A DNA stretch of 64,000 nt from an uncultured virus (IMG/VR IMGVR_UViG_3300010362_000013) (taxonomy: Duplodnaviria; Heunggongvirae; Uroviricota; Caudoviricetes): the IMG/VR virus record IMGVR_UViG_3300010362_000013; one strand, written 5' to 3'. Below, in pieces: positions 19,309 to 28,600 of the stretch. A program made the position numbers and the translations under genes. Numbering within the stretch: the stretch's first letter is position 1; each line of letters opens with the position of its first letter. The notes beneath the pieces are model-generated. The model was not told where the DNA came from, did not search any database, and saw nothing but the letters and a program-made list of their open reading frames with translations.

Positions 19309-20580
19309 ATGGATGTTGAATCAATATTGCTCAGCAAGGCTCTGCAATCAGGGGATCTTGCCGACGTAGTAGCTCGCGGCATCGAACCTGACCACTTTGC
19401 CGACGAGGAGCTTGCTGAAATCTACGAGTGGTGCGGCGAGTTCATGGCGAAGCACAAGACGCCACCGTCGATTGAAGTCGTGCGCGGCGAGTTCGATTTC
19501 AAACCAACACTGTCGAAAGACCCGCTGTCGTACTTGATCGATCGTTTTGTGTTGCTAGTCAAGAAGCGCACGGCAGTTGAACTGGTGCGTGGCTATCATG
19601 ATGCGCTCGATGATCCAGACGAGATCGGAGAGATTGAGCTACGGGCGCTAGAAATGGCATCACAGTTGGCAGAAATCGTGCCGACGCCAAAAGCACAGCG
19701 GCTTTCCGAGGGTACTGCTCGTAAGCAGGAGTATGCGCGCCGCAAGAAGAAGAGACTCAAGCCTGGAATAATGTTGAATATCCCGTCGTTCGATCACATT
19801 ACGATGGGATTGCAGCCTCATGAACTGCTGATTTGGGGCGGCGGTCCTGGTGCGGGTAAGACGACTGGCTTGCAGCACACCGCACTCAGTGCTTACGTGC
19901 AGGGTAAGACGGTGCTGTTCGTCAGTCTTGAGGTTGAGGCCGAGCAGATCCTTCGTAAGTTTGACACAATGTTGTCACACGTTCGTTACCGTGCGCTCAA
20001 GGGTCTTGAGTTGAATGATGATGAAGCGCGCGAATGGCATCGTATCCTCAAGCAGTGCGAGCGGAATCGGATGGAGAAGGACATCATCATTGTCGATGAT
20101 ATTCGTAACTGCACCGTCGAGAAAGTTGCTGCTGAGCAGATCCGTTACAAGCCGCAACTCGTCTGTGTTGACTACCTTGAGGAAATGCGCACACCGCGCA
20201 ACTTGCAAGGCTGGGAGGGCGTGGCGCATAATGGGCGCGGCCTCAAACAGCAGGCGCGTGTCAGTCGCATTCCGCACGCTACTGCAACACAGTTGAATCG
20301 TGAAGGTGAGACGGCCTACCAGAGCGCGCAGAAGATTGCGGATATGCTCATCATCTTGATTCCACCCGAAGAGGATGACGATCAGACGCGCATGCACTTG
20401 CTGATGCGCAAGTATCGCGATGGTCCTTCGCGTAAGCCCGCGACGATGCGTTGGGATCTGGACACAATGTTGATCGAAGAGCTTACCGACGAGCCGTTCG
20501 AGACGCGCAATCTTGGCAAAAAGACGATTGCTGAGCGCCGTAAGTTGTGGGGCGAGCGACACAGGAACGGTCATGAGTGA
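19309..20580 (+). CDS. dnaB: Replicative DnaB-like helicase
   Basis: GLQPHELLIWGGGPGAGKT, VLFVSLE, VDYL, TQLNR, ADMLI, KYRDG. Confidence 0.9.
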   Translation: MDVESILLSKALQSGDLADVVARGIEPDHFADEELAEIYEWCGEFMAKHKTPPSIEVVRGEFDFKPTLSKDPLSYLIDRFVLLVKKRTAVELVRGYHDALDDPDEIGEIELRALEMASQLAEIVPTPKAQRLSEGTARKQEYARRKKKRLKPGIMLNIPSFDHITMGLQPHELLIWGGGPGAGKTTGLQHTALSAYVQGKTVLFVSLEVEAEQILRKFDTMLSHVRYRALKGLELNDDEAREWHRILKQCERNRMEKDIIIVDDIRNCTVEKVAAEQIRYKPQLVCVDYLEEMRTPRNLQGWEGVAHNGRGLKQQARVSRIPHATATQLNREGETAYQSAQKIADMLIILIPPEEDDDQTRMHLLMRKYRDGPSRKPATMRWDLDTMLIEELTDEPFETRNLGKKTIAERRKLWGERHRNGHE

Positions 20581-21148
20581 TCTACTCAGTGCAATACGTC
20601 GTAAGCGGCTCACAGCCGCTCTGGAATCATTGAATGACATCTATGGTTACGACGAGGTGATGGATCGACAGCGCTATTTGAGTCCGACCGTGCGTGTTGC
20701 TTCGGCCCCTGCGCGCTCGACTGATCCTGAAACCAGTCACCTTGCCGCCAAAGATGAGCCTGACATTGGACGTTTCTCTGTCCGCTCACGCAAGGCGCGT
20801 TTACTGCGCTGGTTTTCCAGCAATGATGGCACGGATCAGCAGGCAGCGCTGGCGATCTTGCTTCCCAATCCATCGTACAGTCTTCTCGATGGGACACGGC
20901 GGCGCGTAGGAGAATTGCGGGATTGCGGCTTCCTATATGACACTGGGCGGCGCGATCACAACCTCGGCTCTAGTGATGACGCGATCGTGTCAGCAATCAC
21001 GCGGGAAGGGCGTAGAGCGCTGCGGCGGCTGGAAACTACTGGTTGGTCGCGGACAAAGCATAGCAGGAACGGACACGAATCTTGGCAAGTATCAGTTCAG
21101 GAGTCAGTACGCGGTGGTGCGCAGCGACCTACATGGAGCCTGCGTTGA
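20573..21148 (+). CDS. Putative winged-helix DNA-binding protein
   Basis: ARSTDPETSHLAA...RRRVGELRDCG...DTG.R pattern; ATG 20573 overlaps the dnaB end. Confidence 0.55.
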   Translation: MSDLLSAIRRKRLTAALESLNDIYGYDEVMDRQRYLSPTVRVASAPARSTDPETSHLAAKDEPDIGRFSVRSRKARLLRWFSSNDGTDQQAALAILLPNPSYSLLDGTRRRVGELRDCGFLYDTGRRDHNLGSSDDAIVSAITREGRRALRRLETTGWSRTKHSRNGHESWQVSVQESVRGGAQRPTWSLR

Positions 21149-21205
21149 ATGGCCGTGACGGCAGCCCACGATCCTGTTCTGATGGACAGATGAGAACTGT
21201 CCCGG

Positions 21206-21269
21206 TAGCGCGCGAGAGGAGCGGAGTGGGAGGTCGGCCATCATGACCAAGCTCCGCTCCTCGCCGCGC
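21206..21269 (+). ncRNA. Long GC hairpin directly upstream of the tRNA-like element
   Basis: GAGGAGCGGAG/CTCCGCTCCTC 11-bp perfect stem, extended by GCGCG/CGCGC, with an inner GGTC/GACC pair; region lacks a convincing ORF. Confidence 0.45.
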
Positions 21270-21274
21270 ACAAT

Positions 21275-21345
21275 GGCGGCTAGCTCAGTGGCGAGCAATC
21301 GACCGTTGCTGGTCGAGAGGGCGCGTTCGATCCGCGTAGCCGCCT
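21275..21345 (+). tRNA. Non-canonical tRNA-like element (anticodon not assignable)
   Basis: Acceptor GGCGGCT/AGCCGCC, D arm GCTC-AGTGGC-GAGC, arm TCGACC-GTTGCT-GGTCGA, T arm GCGCG-TTCGATC-CGCGT. It has a 1-nt acceptor-D linker, no canonical 7-nt anticodon loop and no CCA. Confidence 0.65.
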
Positions 21346-21364
21346 TGCTGGTATCATCCCGAAG

Positions 21365-21823
21365 ATGACCGATACTTGGTTCGTCAAGCGCGAGAACGGC
21401 AAGACTATTCACAACTGGCTCTCGAACTTCTGGATCGAGCCGGACGGCACGAACGTCGAGAGCGAGTTTCAGGCGGCGAAGCACCTCGCCCATCCGTGGC
21501 GGCGTGCAACGATTCTGCATGCCAGGCCAGGGCGCGCGAAGAAACTTGGGCGCAAATGGCCGCTGAATGATCGCGAGCTTGCCATCTGGAATGACAACAA
21601 GATTGCGGTGATGCGCACGCTGGTGCAGCAGAAGACGCTCGATCACCCGGAGATTGCGATGGCGCTCATCAGCACTGGCGATGCGAACCTGTGCGAGACG
21701 AACTGGTGGCACGACAACTTCTGGGGCAACTGCACTTGTTTGCGTTGCTTCCGTAGTGGTGACAACAATCTTGGCAAGATCTGGATGGCGGTTCGCAATG
21801 ATTTGGCCGGGAAGGGGCGTTGA
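21365..21823 (+). CDS. NADAR family (YbiA/DUF1768) hydrolase
   Basis: WLSNF...VESEFQAAK...AKKLGR...W...MR.LV..K...L.STGD..L.E.N.WHDNFWG...G.N.LGKI.M.VR. Confidence 0.9.
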   Translation: MTDTWFVKRENGKTIHNWLSNFWIEPDGTNVESEFQAAKHLAHPWRRATILHARPGRAKKLGRKWPLNDRELAIWNDNKIAVMRTLVQQKTLDHPEIAMALISTGDANLCETNWWHDNFWGNCTCLRCFRSGDNNLGKIWMAVRNDLAGKGR

Positions 21824-22116
21824 TGAGCAAGGCGGGAACCGATGGCATCGTGGCTCTGCTACGCGAACGGGACATCGACCACATGGCGTTGCTGTTCATC
21901 TTCGCCGGGATGCAAGACTCGCTGCCCGACACCATCCAACGACTCGATCGCGTGCTCGACTACCAGCGCGACTACCGCAAGAGGCTGCACGGTCATCGGG
22001 ATCGCCGGACCGTCGAAATCGTGGACCGGGCGGTGGACATCGGACGCTCGCTGCGCGCCGGATTGCAGCAGGTGCATGAAGTAGATCTGGCCGGGGAGCG
22101 AGCAAGTGATGAATGA
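21820..22116 (+). CDS. Hypothetical protein
   Basis: Coupled ORF, 98 aa. Confidence 0.5.
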   Translation: MMSKAGTDGIVALLRERDIDHMALLFIFAGMQDSLPDTIQRLDRVLDYQRDYRKRLHGHRDRRTVEIVDRAVDIGRSLRAGLQQVHEVDLAGERASDE

Positions 22117-22249
22117 GCAGATCGACACCTACCTGATTGTGGAAGCGATCCTCGCGGCCTGCCCGCAGTTGCATCCCGCCCAAGCGCGAGCGGCGGCGCT
22201 GAACGTGCAGAAGGTCATCGAAGCGGCCAGAAAGCAGGCGGGGCGATGA
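22109..22249 (+). CDS. Small hypothetical protein (46 aa, below ORF-track cutoff)
   Basis: MNEQIDTYLIVEAILAACPQLHPAQARAAALNVQKVIEAARKQAGR; SD GGGGAG; ATGA overlap with the next gene. Confidence 0.5.
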   Translation: MNEQIDTYLIVEAILAACPQLHPAQARAAALNVQKVIEAARKQAGR

Positions 22250-22437
22250 GCTACTACCACCCGCGCTGTCGGCGCTGCGGCAACGTCGGCGACCGCACAT
22301 TCGCCGAGGACGCGAACGGTGAAATGACCGATGTTCTCGCGCCCGGCCTGCGCGTCGAAGACCTGACCTGCTGCGATGTTCGTGACTGCGAGCTTATGCC
22401 CGAGGACGACATCGCTATGAGCGACAAGCAGGCATGA
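22246..22437 (+). CDS. Cys-rich microprotein
   Basis: CRRCG...CCDVRDC; coupled on both sides. Confidence 0.5.
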   Translation: MSYYHPRCRRCGNVGDRTFAEDANGEMTDVLAPGLRVEDLTCCDVRDCELMPEDDIAMSDKQA

Positions 22438-23627
22438 TGGTTCGCTCGCTGAGTGACCGAATAGCTCGGTTAGAGCGTAACCACGTAACCAGTCGCAAGA
22501 AGTCGCGCAACAAGCTTGTGTGGCTGCGTGATGTAAATGTTATTGACTTGCTTGAGAACTTTGATATCGCCAATATTGATAAGGCGACTGCTGATGAGGT
22601 GATCTTCTCCTGCCCGTTCCCTGGTCACACGCACGGCGATGAGCGTCCGAGTGCGTACATGAATGATGGCAGCAAGAACCCGGAACTGACAACACTATGG
22701 AAGTGTCATGGTTGTGGGCGCTCCGGCAATGCGGTTGGTTTCGTAAGCGAGTACATGAATGTCTCGCGTCAGCAAGCGCGTTTGTGGCTCAAGCAACACT
22801 ATGCACCTGGCTATCGTGCGCCGCGCTATGGTTCCATAGCTCGCGAGTTCGAGGAGCGCTACAAGCTTTCTCAACAACGCGCGTCTTTTGATCCGGTGCC
22901 AGCGTTGCCTTCGGAGACGTTGATGCGTTTTGATGTGGATTGGGGCTATTACGCGGAGGAGCATGGCGATCAGCCAGATGTTGCCTATATGCTTGACAGG
23001 GGTTTCACGCCTGCTGTGCTCGATGAATGGGGCATTGGTTACGACTTTGATTCGCGGCGTCTGACGATTCCTGTCTGCGATGCTGACAACAATCTTGTTG
23101 GCTTCAAGGCACGCGCGTGGGAATCAGATGTGCGCCCGAAGTACTTGATCCTCGGTGATCGTCGCCGGTTACGTGGTTACGGTTTCCTCCCCTATGACAA
23201 GAGTCGGATCGTCTTTGGCCTCAACGTCTGTGGCGAGCAGCAGCGACTCGTTCTAGTCGAGGGCGAGATCGATGTGATGAGCTTGTGGGTCATGGACATC
23301 CCGGCAGTCTGCACAGGTGGGGCGAGCATGAGCGACGAACAGGCGCTCCTTATTCGCCAGCATTGCGATGAACTTGTCATCTTTCTTGACTCAAACACAG
23401 CAGGACACAACGCGACTTGGGGCTACGTAAAGGCTGACGGCGAAGAGACGCCGGGGATCGTGGAGCGGTTGGAATCGCATATCGATATCCGCATCGTCTG
23501 CCATCACCGCTATGATCCGAACGATTACCTCGTACGCGGCGAGCGCGAACGGGTGAGACACCTGATCGACACCGCCAAAGCTTCGTTCTGGTATGATCCC
23601 AGCAAGCAGCGACGAAACAACGCATGA
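22434..23627 (+). CDS. dnaG: DNA primase (CHC2 zinc finger + TOPRIM)
   Basis: CPFPGH..G.DERPS...WKCHGC, YM..RG, VGFKAR...PKY, LVEGEIDVMSL, FLDSN.AG, DPND. Confidence 0.9.
   Translation: MMVRSLSDRIARLERNHVTSRKKSRNKLVWLRDVNVIDLLENFDIANIDKATADEVIFSCPFPGHTHGDERPSAYMNDGSKNPELTTLWKCHGCGRSGNAVGFVSEYMNVSRQQARLWLKQHYAPGYRAPRYGSIAREFEERYKLSQQRASFDPVPALPSETLMRFDVDWGYYAEEHGDQPDVAYMLDRGFTPAVLDEWGIGYDFDSRRLTIPVCDADNNLVGFKARAWESDVRPKYLILGDRRRLRGYGFLPYDKSRIVFGLNVCGEQQRLVLVEGEIDVMSLWVMDIPAVCTGGASMSDEQALLIRQHCDELVIFLDSNTAGHNATWGYVKADGEETPGIVERLESHIDIRIVCHHRYDPNDYLVRGERERVRHLIDTAKASFWYDPSKQRRNNA
23589..23600 (+). promoter_or_regulatory. Internal promoter motif TGG-TATGAT-CCC for the SSB gene
   Basis: Same 12-mer as at 14944 and 51328 (minus), inside the primase 3' end; followed by an A/C-rich leader. 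Confidence 0.55.
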
Positions 23628-23712
23628 TCGCAACCACAGCACATAGAGCGACTGAGAGCAGAAGCGCATCTAGCGCGAGCAACAACAAGCGCGACCGCAA
23701 GGAGGGTCAGCG

Positions 23713-24609
23713 ATGGCAGTGAGCAGAAGGCGCACTCGTACGAGCAGCGCGAGAAAGGGTTCCGGGCGTTCGCTCGGCAACGTCACCGAGAACATCAAGA
23801 AGTCCGCAAAGAGGTTCAAGACGCCGGATTGGGTGAAGGTGCTGGACGGCGAGTCTACGGTGGTTCGTGTCATTGATGTTGGCAAGGACTTTCGTGATGG
23901 CTTCGTTCACCCGGTGGAGTTTGAGCGGAAGGGCGGTAAGTCCTTCACTCGCGATGTCATGTGTCTTGACCAGGATGATGATGGTACGCCGTGTCCCGGT
24001 TGCCGCGATGATCTGGATCGCCGGTACAAGTTCTGGTGCCGCGTCATTGAGCGAGAGGCCGAGAAGACGAACGAAAGCGACAAGGTTATTGGCTACGAGG
24101 ATCAGGTGAAGATCCTGTCTTCGGGCAAGCGCCTTGCCGGTGCGCTCAACAAGAAGCATCAGAAGCGCGATTTGTCCCTGCGCGACATTGAGATCGAACG
24201 TGAGGGCAAGGGTTGGGACACCGATTACACCGTTGAGTGGGTTGACGAAGAGGATGTCCCGCTCACCAGGGCCGATCTCAAGCTGGTTGAGGACTCTGAC
24301 ATCAGTCTTGACCGCTATACCACAGTTCCCGATTTCGATGACTTCTACGAGTTGCCGGATCGTGACAGCGATGATGACGACGATGTTGGAGAACGCTCAA
24401 AGCGGCGCGGCTCGCCGTTTGGGGAGAAGAAGACTCGCTCATCATCTGCGCGTAAGCAGAGCGATGACGACGATGACGATGAGGAAGAGCGCCCCCGTCG
24501 CCGTCGCTCAAGTGCAAGGAAGCCGAGCAGTGGTGGCATTGCCGGTGCCCGCGCAAAGAAGGCCGGTTCGTCCGGCAAGACCACAATCAGGCGTCGGCGG
24601 ACCCGCTGA
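23713..24609 (+). CDS. Single-stranded DNA-binding protein, T4 gp32-like
   Basis: DGES.VVR...H...C......CPGC zinc site, RDI.I.R.G.G.DT.Y, low-complexity acidic and basic tail; replication context. Confidence 0.7.
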   Translation: MAVSRRRTRTSSARKGSGRSLGNVTENIKKSAKRFKTPDWVKVLDGESTVVRVIDVGKDFRDGFVHPVEFERKGGKSFTRDVMCLDQDDDGTPCPGCRDDLDRRYKFWCRVIEREAEKTNESDKVIGYEDQVKILSSGKRLAGALNKKHQKRDLSLRDIEIEREGKGWDTDYTVEWVDEEDVPLTRADLKLVEDSDISLDRYTTVPDFDDFYELPDRDSDDDDDVGERSKRRGSPFGEKKTRSSSARKQSDDDDDDEEERPRRRRSSARKPSSGGIAGARAKKAGSSGKTTIRRRRTR

Positions 24610-24638
24610 CGCACAGCCATCAAAGGAGGCTGACAACA

Positions 24639-25064
24639 ATGGAGTTCACCATCTACGAAACGAAGACTCGCAAGGTCAAGGGTGAGGACACCGATTTCCT
24701 CTCTCTGGTCGCGGAGATCTCCGATTTCGATTCCATCGAAGAGGCGCTTGAGGCGCTGATGGATGAGGTGCCCGAGTACATCGGCGTCGAACTGACCGTG
24801 TTCACGCAGGAACCGATGACAGTCACGGTCAACGAGAACCCCTCCAAGTACGCCTTCTCCGTCAATGGCGGTAGCGTCACTACGGTTGACGAGGAGGAGG
24901 CCAACGAAGAGGAAGAGGCTGAGGAGGAGCCGGTCGCCGCTGCGCCCCGCTCGCAACAGCGCAGGCGTAAGCGGACGACGGCGAGTCCTGCCAAGACCAA
25001 CGCCAGAAGCGCGAGCAGCAAGAAGGCCAGCCCATTTCGGTCCAATCCGAAGTCGGCTGAGTAG
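24639..25064 (+). CDS. Hypothetical protein, acidic core with basic tail
   Basis: Strong SD AAAGGAGG; biased high-expression codons. Confidence 0.65.
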   Translation: MEFTIYETKTRKVKGEDTDFLSLVAEISDFDSIEEALEALMDEVPEYIGVELTVFTQEPMTVTVNENPSKYAFSVNGGSVTTVDEEEANEEEEAEEEPVAAAPRSQQRRRKRTTASPAKTNARSASSKKASPFRSNPKSAE

Positions 25065-25082
25065 AACGAAGGTGAGGTACGT

Positions 25083-25114
25083 GGGGCGCTGTCTTTTGGG
25101 AGGGGCAGCGCCCC
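25083..25114 (+). terminator. GC hairpin after the SSB operon
   Basis: GGGGCGCTGTCTTT-TGGG-AGGGGCAGCGCCCC. Confidence 0.4.
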
Positions 25115-25138
25115 CTCGCTATGTAAGGAGAGTTGACA

Positions 25139-25342
25139 ATGGCTGACGACTTGCAGGTGGAGATTACAGAGGATGGCACGATGGTTCTCAACGGGACTAT
25201 TACCAATCCCAAAATTGTAAAGGCTATACGTGAGGCTATGCGTAAGGGTGGAGATCCCGAGGAAGTGTTGCGTCAGATGCTCACTAATGGTGTCACAGTG
25301 TTGAAAGACAGTGGCAATTTTGGTGTTGGGAAACAAACATGA
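25139..25342 (+). CDS. Hypothetical protein
   Basis: SD AAGGAG; MADDLQVEITEDG... Confidence 0.55.
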   Translation: MADDLQVEITEDGTMVLNGTITNPKIVKAIREAMRKGGDPEEVLRQMLTNGVTVLKDSGNFGVGKQT

Positions 25343-25512
25343 AGCAAACGCTCAAGATCTCGTTTTTGTGGGAAGATGACGGCGGGCCTAATTCTATTGA
25401 CAATCTTCTTGACGAAGTAATGAGGCTCGGTGGGTGGGATTTCGAGTACGAGGTAGAAGTGCCCGAGTCAGTCAAGCAGGAAATGCGCGAGCGCAAGTCG
25501 AAGAATGCCTGA
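25339..25512 (+). CDS. Small hypothetical protein (57 aa)
   Basis: MKQTLKISFLWEDDGG...; ATGA coupled. Confidence 0.5.
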   Translation: MKQTLKISFLWEDDGGPNSIDNLLDEVMRLGGWDFEYEVEVPESVKQEMRERKSKNA

Positions 25513-25657
25513 CTATAAGATTGTCATTTGCTATCACCGCAACATTGAGCGCATCGGTGAGGTTGAGCGCTGCAAGGATTGCGGTGATGTGTGGATGATC
25601 GCCGCGAATCTTGTCAAGACTCCTAAACTGGTTGCGGTAAAGGCTGATAATGACTGA
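25505..25657 (+). CDS. Zinc-finger microprotein (50 aa)
   Basis: MPDYKIVICYHRNI...RCKDCGDVW; overlaps both neighbours. Confidence 0.5.
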   Translation: MPDYKIVICYHRNIERIGEVERCKDCGDVWMIAANLVKTPKLVAVKADND

Positions 25658-28600
25658 GTTTGCTGGACATTTCCATTGTCATGATGAGTATTCTCCGCTT
25701 GACGGTACGGGCACGCGCAACCAACTGTCGCATCAGGCCGTGCGCAAGGGACAGACACACCTCGGATTTACTAACCACGGACGGCTCGGTGGGGCGCTTG
25801 AGCACGTTTACGCTTGCCGCCATCCAGAAAAGCTTGACAATCCTCTTGACCCTGGAAGTAAGCGGGGAGCCGACGAGCGGCTGAATCCGATCCTCGGCAT
25901 TGAAGCGTTCTGGCGTCCCGATCGTTTCATGGAGTGCGACCATACTTGGGCCAACCACCTGTGTTTACACGCTGCTTCGCTGCGTGGCTGGCGGACGTTG
26001 ATGCGGCTGTCCAGCAAATCGTGGGTCAAGCGTGAGCGCGGTGGTGGTTTCTACGGCAAAGCTGTCATTGATCTTGATATGCTTGAGGACGATCATGAGG
26101 ATCTGATTGTTTCGACAGCATGCTTGGCATCGCCATTGTCGCAGTTGATCCTCAAGGGTGATGAAGATGGCGCGATCAATTGGATCTACGATATGAAGGA
26201 TCTCGTCGGTGATCGACTGTGGCTGGAAATCATGCCGCACGATCTCGATGAACAGCGTACTGTCAATATTGCGCTGGCAAATCTAGGTGAGATAACGAGC
26301 ACGCCGCTGATGGTAACAGGCGATGTTCATACTCCTTACAAAAAGTGGGCACGCACGCATGAGGTTGTGCGGATGGCGAGCTACAAGCAGACGTTCTCCA
26401 AGCGCGAGACGAAGAAAGATGCCGGTGAGGATGTCTACACAGAGCGCATCAATACTGTTCATTTGAGTTCAGGCAAGGAACTGCTCGGCTGGTTCCGTGA
26501 GTATCATCCTGATTTGCCCGAGTACGTCGTCAAGGAAGCGCTTGCCAACACTAAGGAATTCGCTCATCAGATCCACTGGTATGCGATCGGTAAGACATCG
26601 AAGCCGCCAAAGGTGGAGATCGATGCCGCCGCGCAGGTGGGCGAGTGGATGGATGACGGCTGGCATCAGCTACTTATCAATTATCCTGACAGTCATTGGA
26701 AGCAGTGGCCCCAGGAGGACTACATCGAGCGTATGCAATACGAGTTCGGCGTGCTTGAAGAGAAGGGCGTGCTCGACTACTTCTACATTACTGGTGACTT
26801 CGTGCGGTGGGCAAAGAGCAATCTACCGTTGCCAGAACGGATGCCGGACGGAGCGCTGTACTTCCCGCCCAATGAGAGCAAGAAGCCGATCAGAGTGGGA
26901 TTGGGGAGGGGTAGCGCGGCAGGCTGCCTGATCTCTTACCTGATCGGCATCACCTCGATCGATCCGATCCCGCACAAGCTGCTGTTTGAGCGCTTCATGA
27001 ACCCGGATCGCGAGGGCTATCCTGACATTGATATTGATTTCGCGTCGGATGGCCGGGATCTCGTCAAGGAATATTTGCGTGTCAAGTATGGTAAGGATCA
27101 CGTTTCTGACATCATTGCCTATCAGACGTGGGCACCGCGTGTTACGATCAAGGAAGTTGGCGTCGTTTATGACATCGAGTTCGGGCGACTGAATCGCATC
27201 ACTGAGAGTATTGGTGACACAGAACGCGGCCTTGAGAAGATCGCTGCCGACAATGAGCTTGTCCACGAACTCAAGCGCGATTTCCCTGATGCGTGGCAGG
27301 ATATGACGCGGCTTGAGGGTCAGATTCTCCGTGATACGCGCCATGCTGGCGGCGTTGTCATCACTCCTCGTCCTACGAATGACTACATCCCGACGCAGAC
27401 CGGCTCCGACGAGGAGACGATTGTCACGGCATGGTCGGACCGCATCGAGTTCCCGATCATGAGCAACTACGGATTTCTCAAGTGGGATATCCTTGGCGTC
27501 ACTAGTCTTGATAAGCAGCAAATGGCTGTCGATCTGATCGAGCAGCACTACGGCGAGCGCATCGAACCGAATGAACTGTCCTGCCTCCGTGACCCCTATG
27601 ATGTCAATGGTAAAGTCATGGATGCCTTCATCAAGGGCATCACGCTCGGCGTGTTCCAGTTCTCAGGGCGCGGGATCACGCAGTTTCTTCGCCACGTTCG
27701 TCCTGATAACACTGTTGAAATAGCCGCTTGCAACGCGCTCTATCGGCCAGGAGCGATCAAATACGCCTTTGAGTACGGCGACCGTAAGAAGGATCGCTCC
27801 AAGATCACGTACCCGCATGAAGCACTTGAACCAGTATTGTCAGAAACCCTTGGCCTGATTGCCTTTCAGGAGCAGGTCATGGAGATCTGCAAGGTGCTCG
27901 GCAAGTTCACGGGCGCTCAGGCCGACTTTATGCGCAAGGCGATCAGCAAGCTTTACCGCCTCGGTAAAGAAGAAGCGCAGCGAGAAATGGCTCCGTTCTA
28001 TGACCAGTTCATACAGGGCTGCCGCGACCAAGGCGTCAAGCAACGTGACGGCGATCAGGTGTGGGCCTACATTCTTGAGTGGGGCGGTTATGGCTTCAAT
28101 CGTAGTCACTCCGATTCCTACGGTTTGCAGGCATATCAAGATATGGATCTCAAGGTCAACTGGCCGCTTGCCTTCTATGCATCACTGCTAACGACAGAAC
28201 ATAAAGCGAAGAAGAAGGAGCGCCAGGACTTCTACAAGAATGTGCTGCGCGAGGCCCGGTATTTCGACGTGGAACCGGCTGGTCCTGATGTCAACCGTAG
28301 CGCAACGAACTGGGGCATTGACGATGGACGACTTCGTTATGGACTCATATCGATATCTGGCATGGGTCGTGGTCTGGTCGAACAAGTCGTCAACAATCGA
28401 CCCTACGAAGGTTATACCGATTTCGTCGCGGCGGTCGGCACGGGATTTGGCGCTGACAAACTTGAGGCTCTTGCTCGCGCAGGGGCTTTTGACGCTACCG
28501 ATGACAGAAGATATCTGCTCTCCCAGACCCCGCAGTGGGCCGACAATGTAGCGAAGATCAAGGTCAAGATGACGTGCGGCCACCTCAAATCGCGTACGAT

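Noticed and set aside
21170..21205. Hammerhead ribozyme near CTGATGG...GAGAA
   Set aside because: The core should be CUGANGA...GAAA. The sequence has CTGATGG and no GAAA with the required three stems.
21104..21712. 202-aa minus-strand ORF across the tRNA-like element and NADAR
   Set aside because: It is antisense to a clear NADAR gene in a plus-strand operon and has no recognisable features.
23624..23722. 32-aa ORF in the SSB leader
   Set aside because: Low-complexity translation of an A/C-rich leader downstream of a promoter motif; more likely an untranslated leader.
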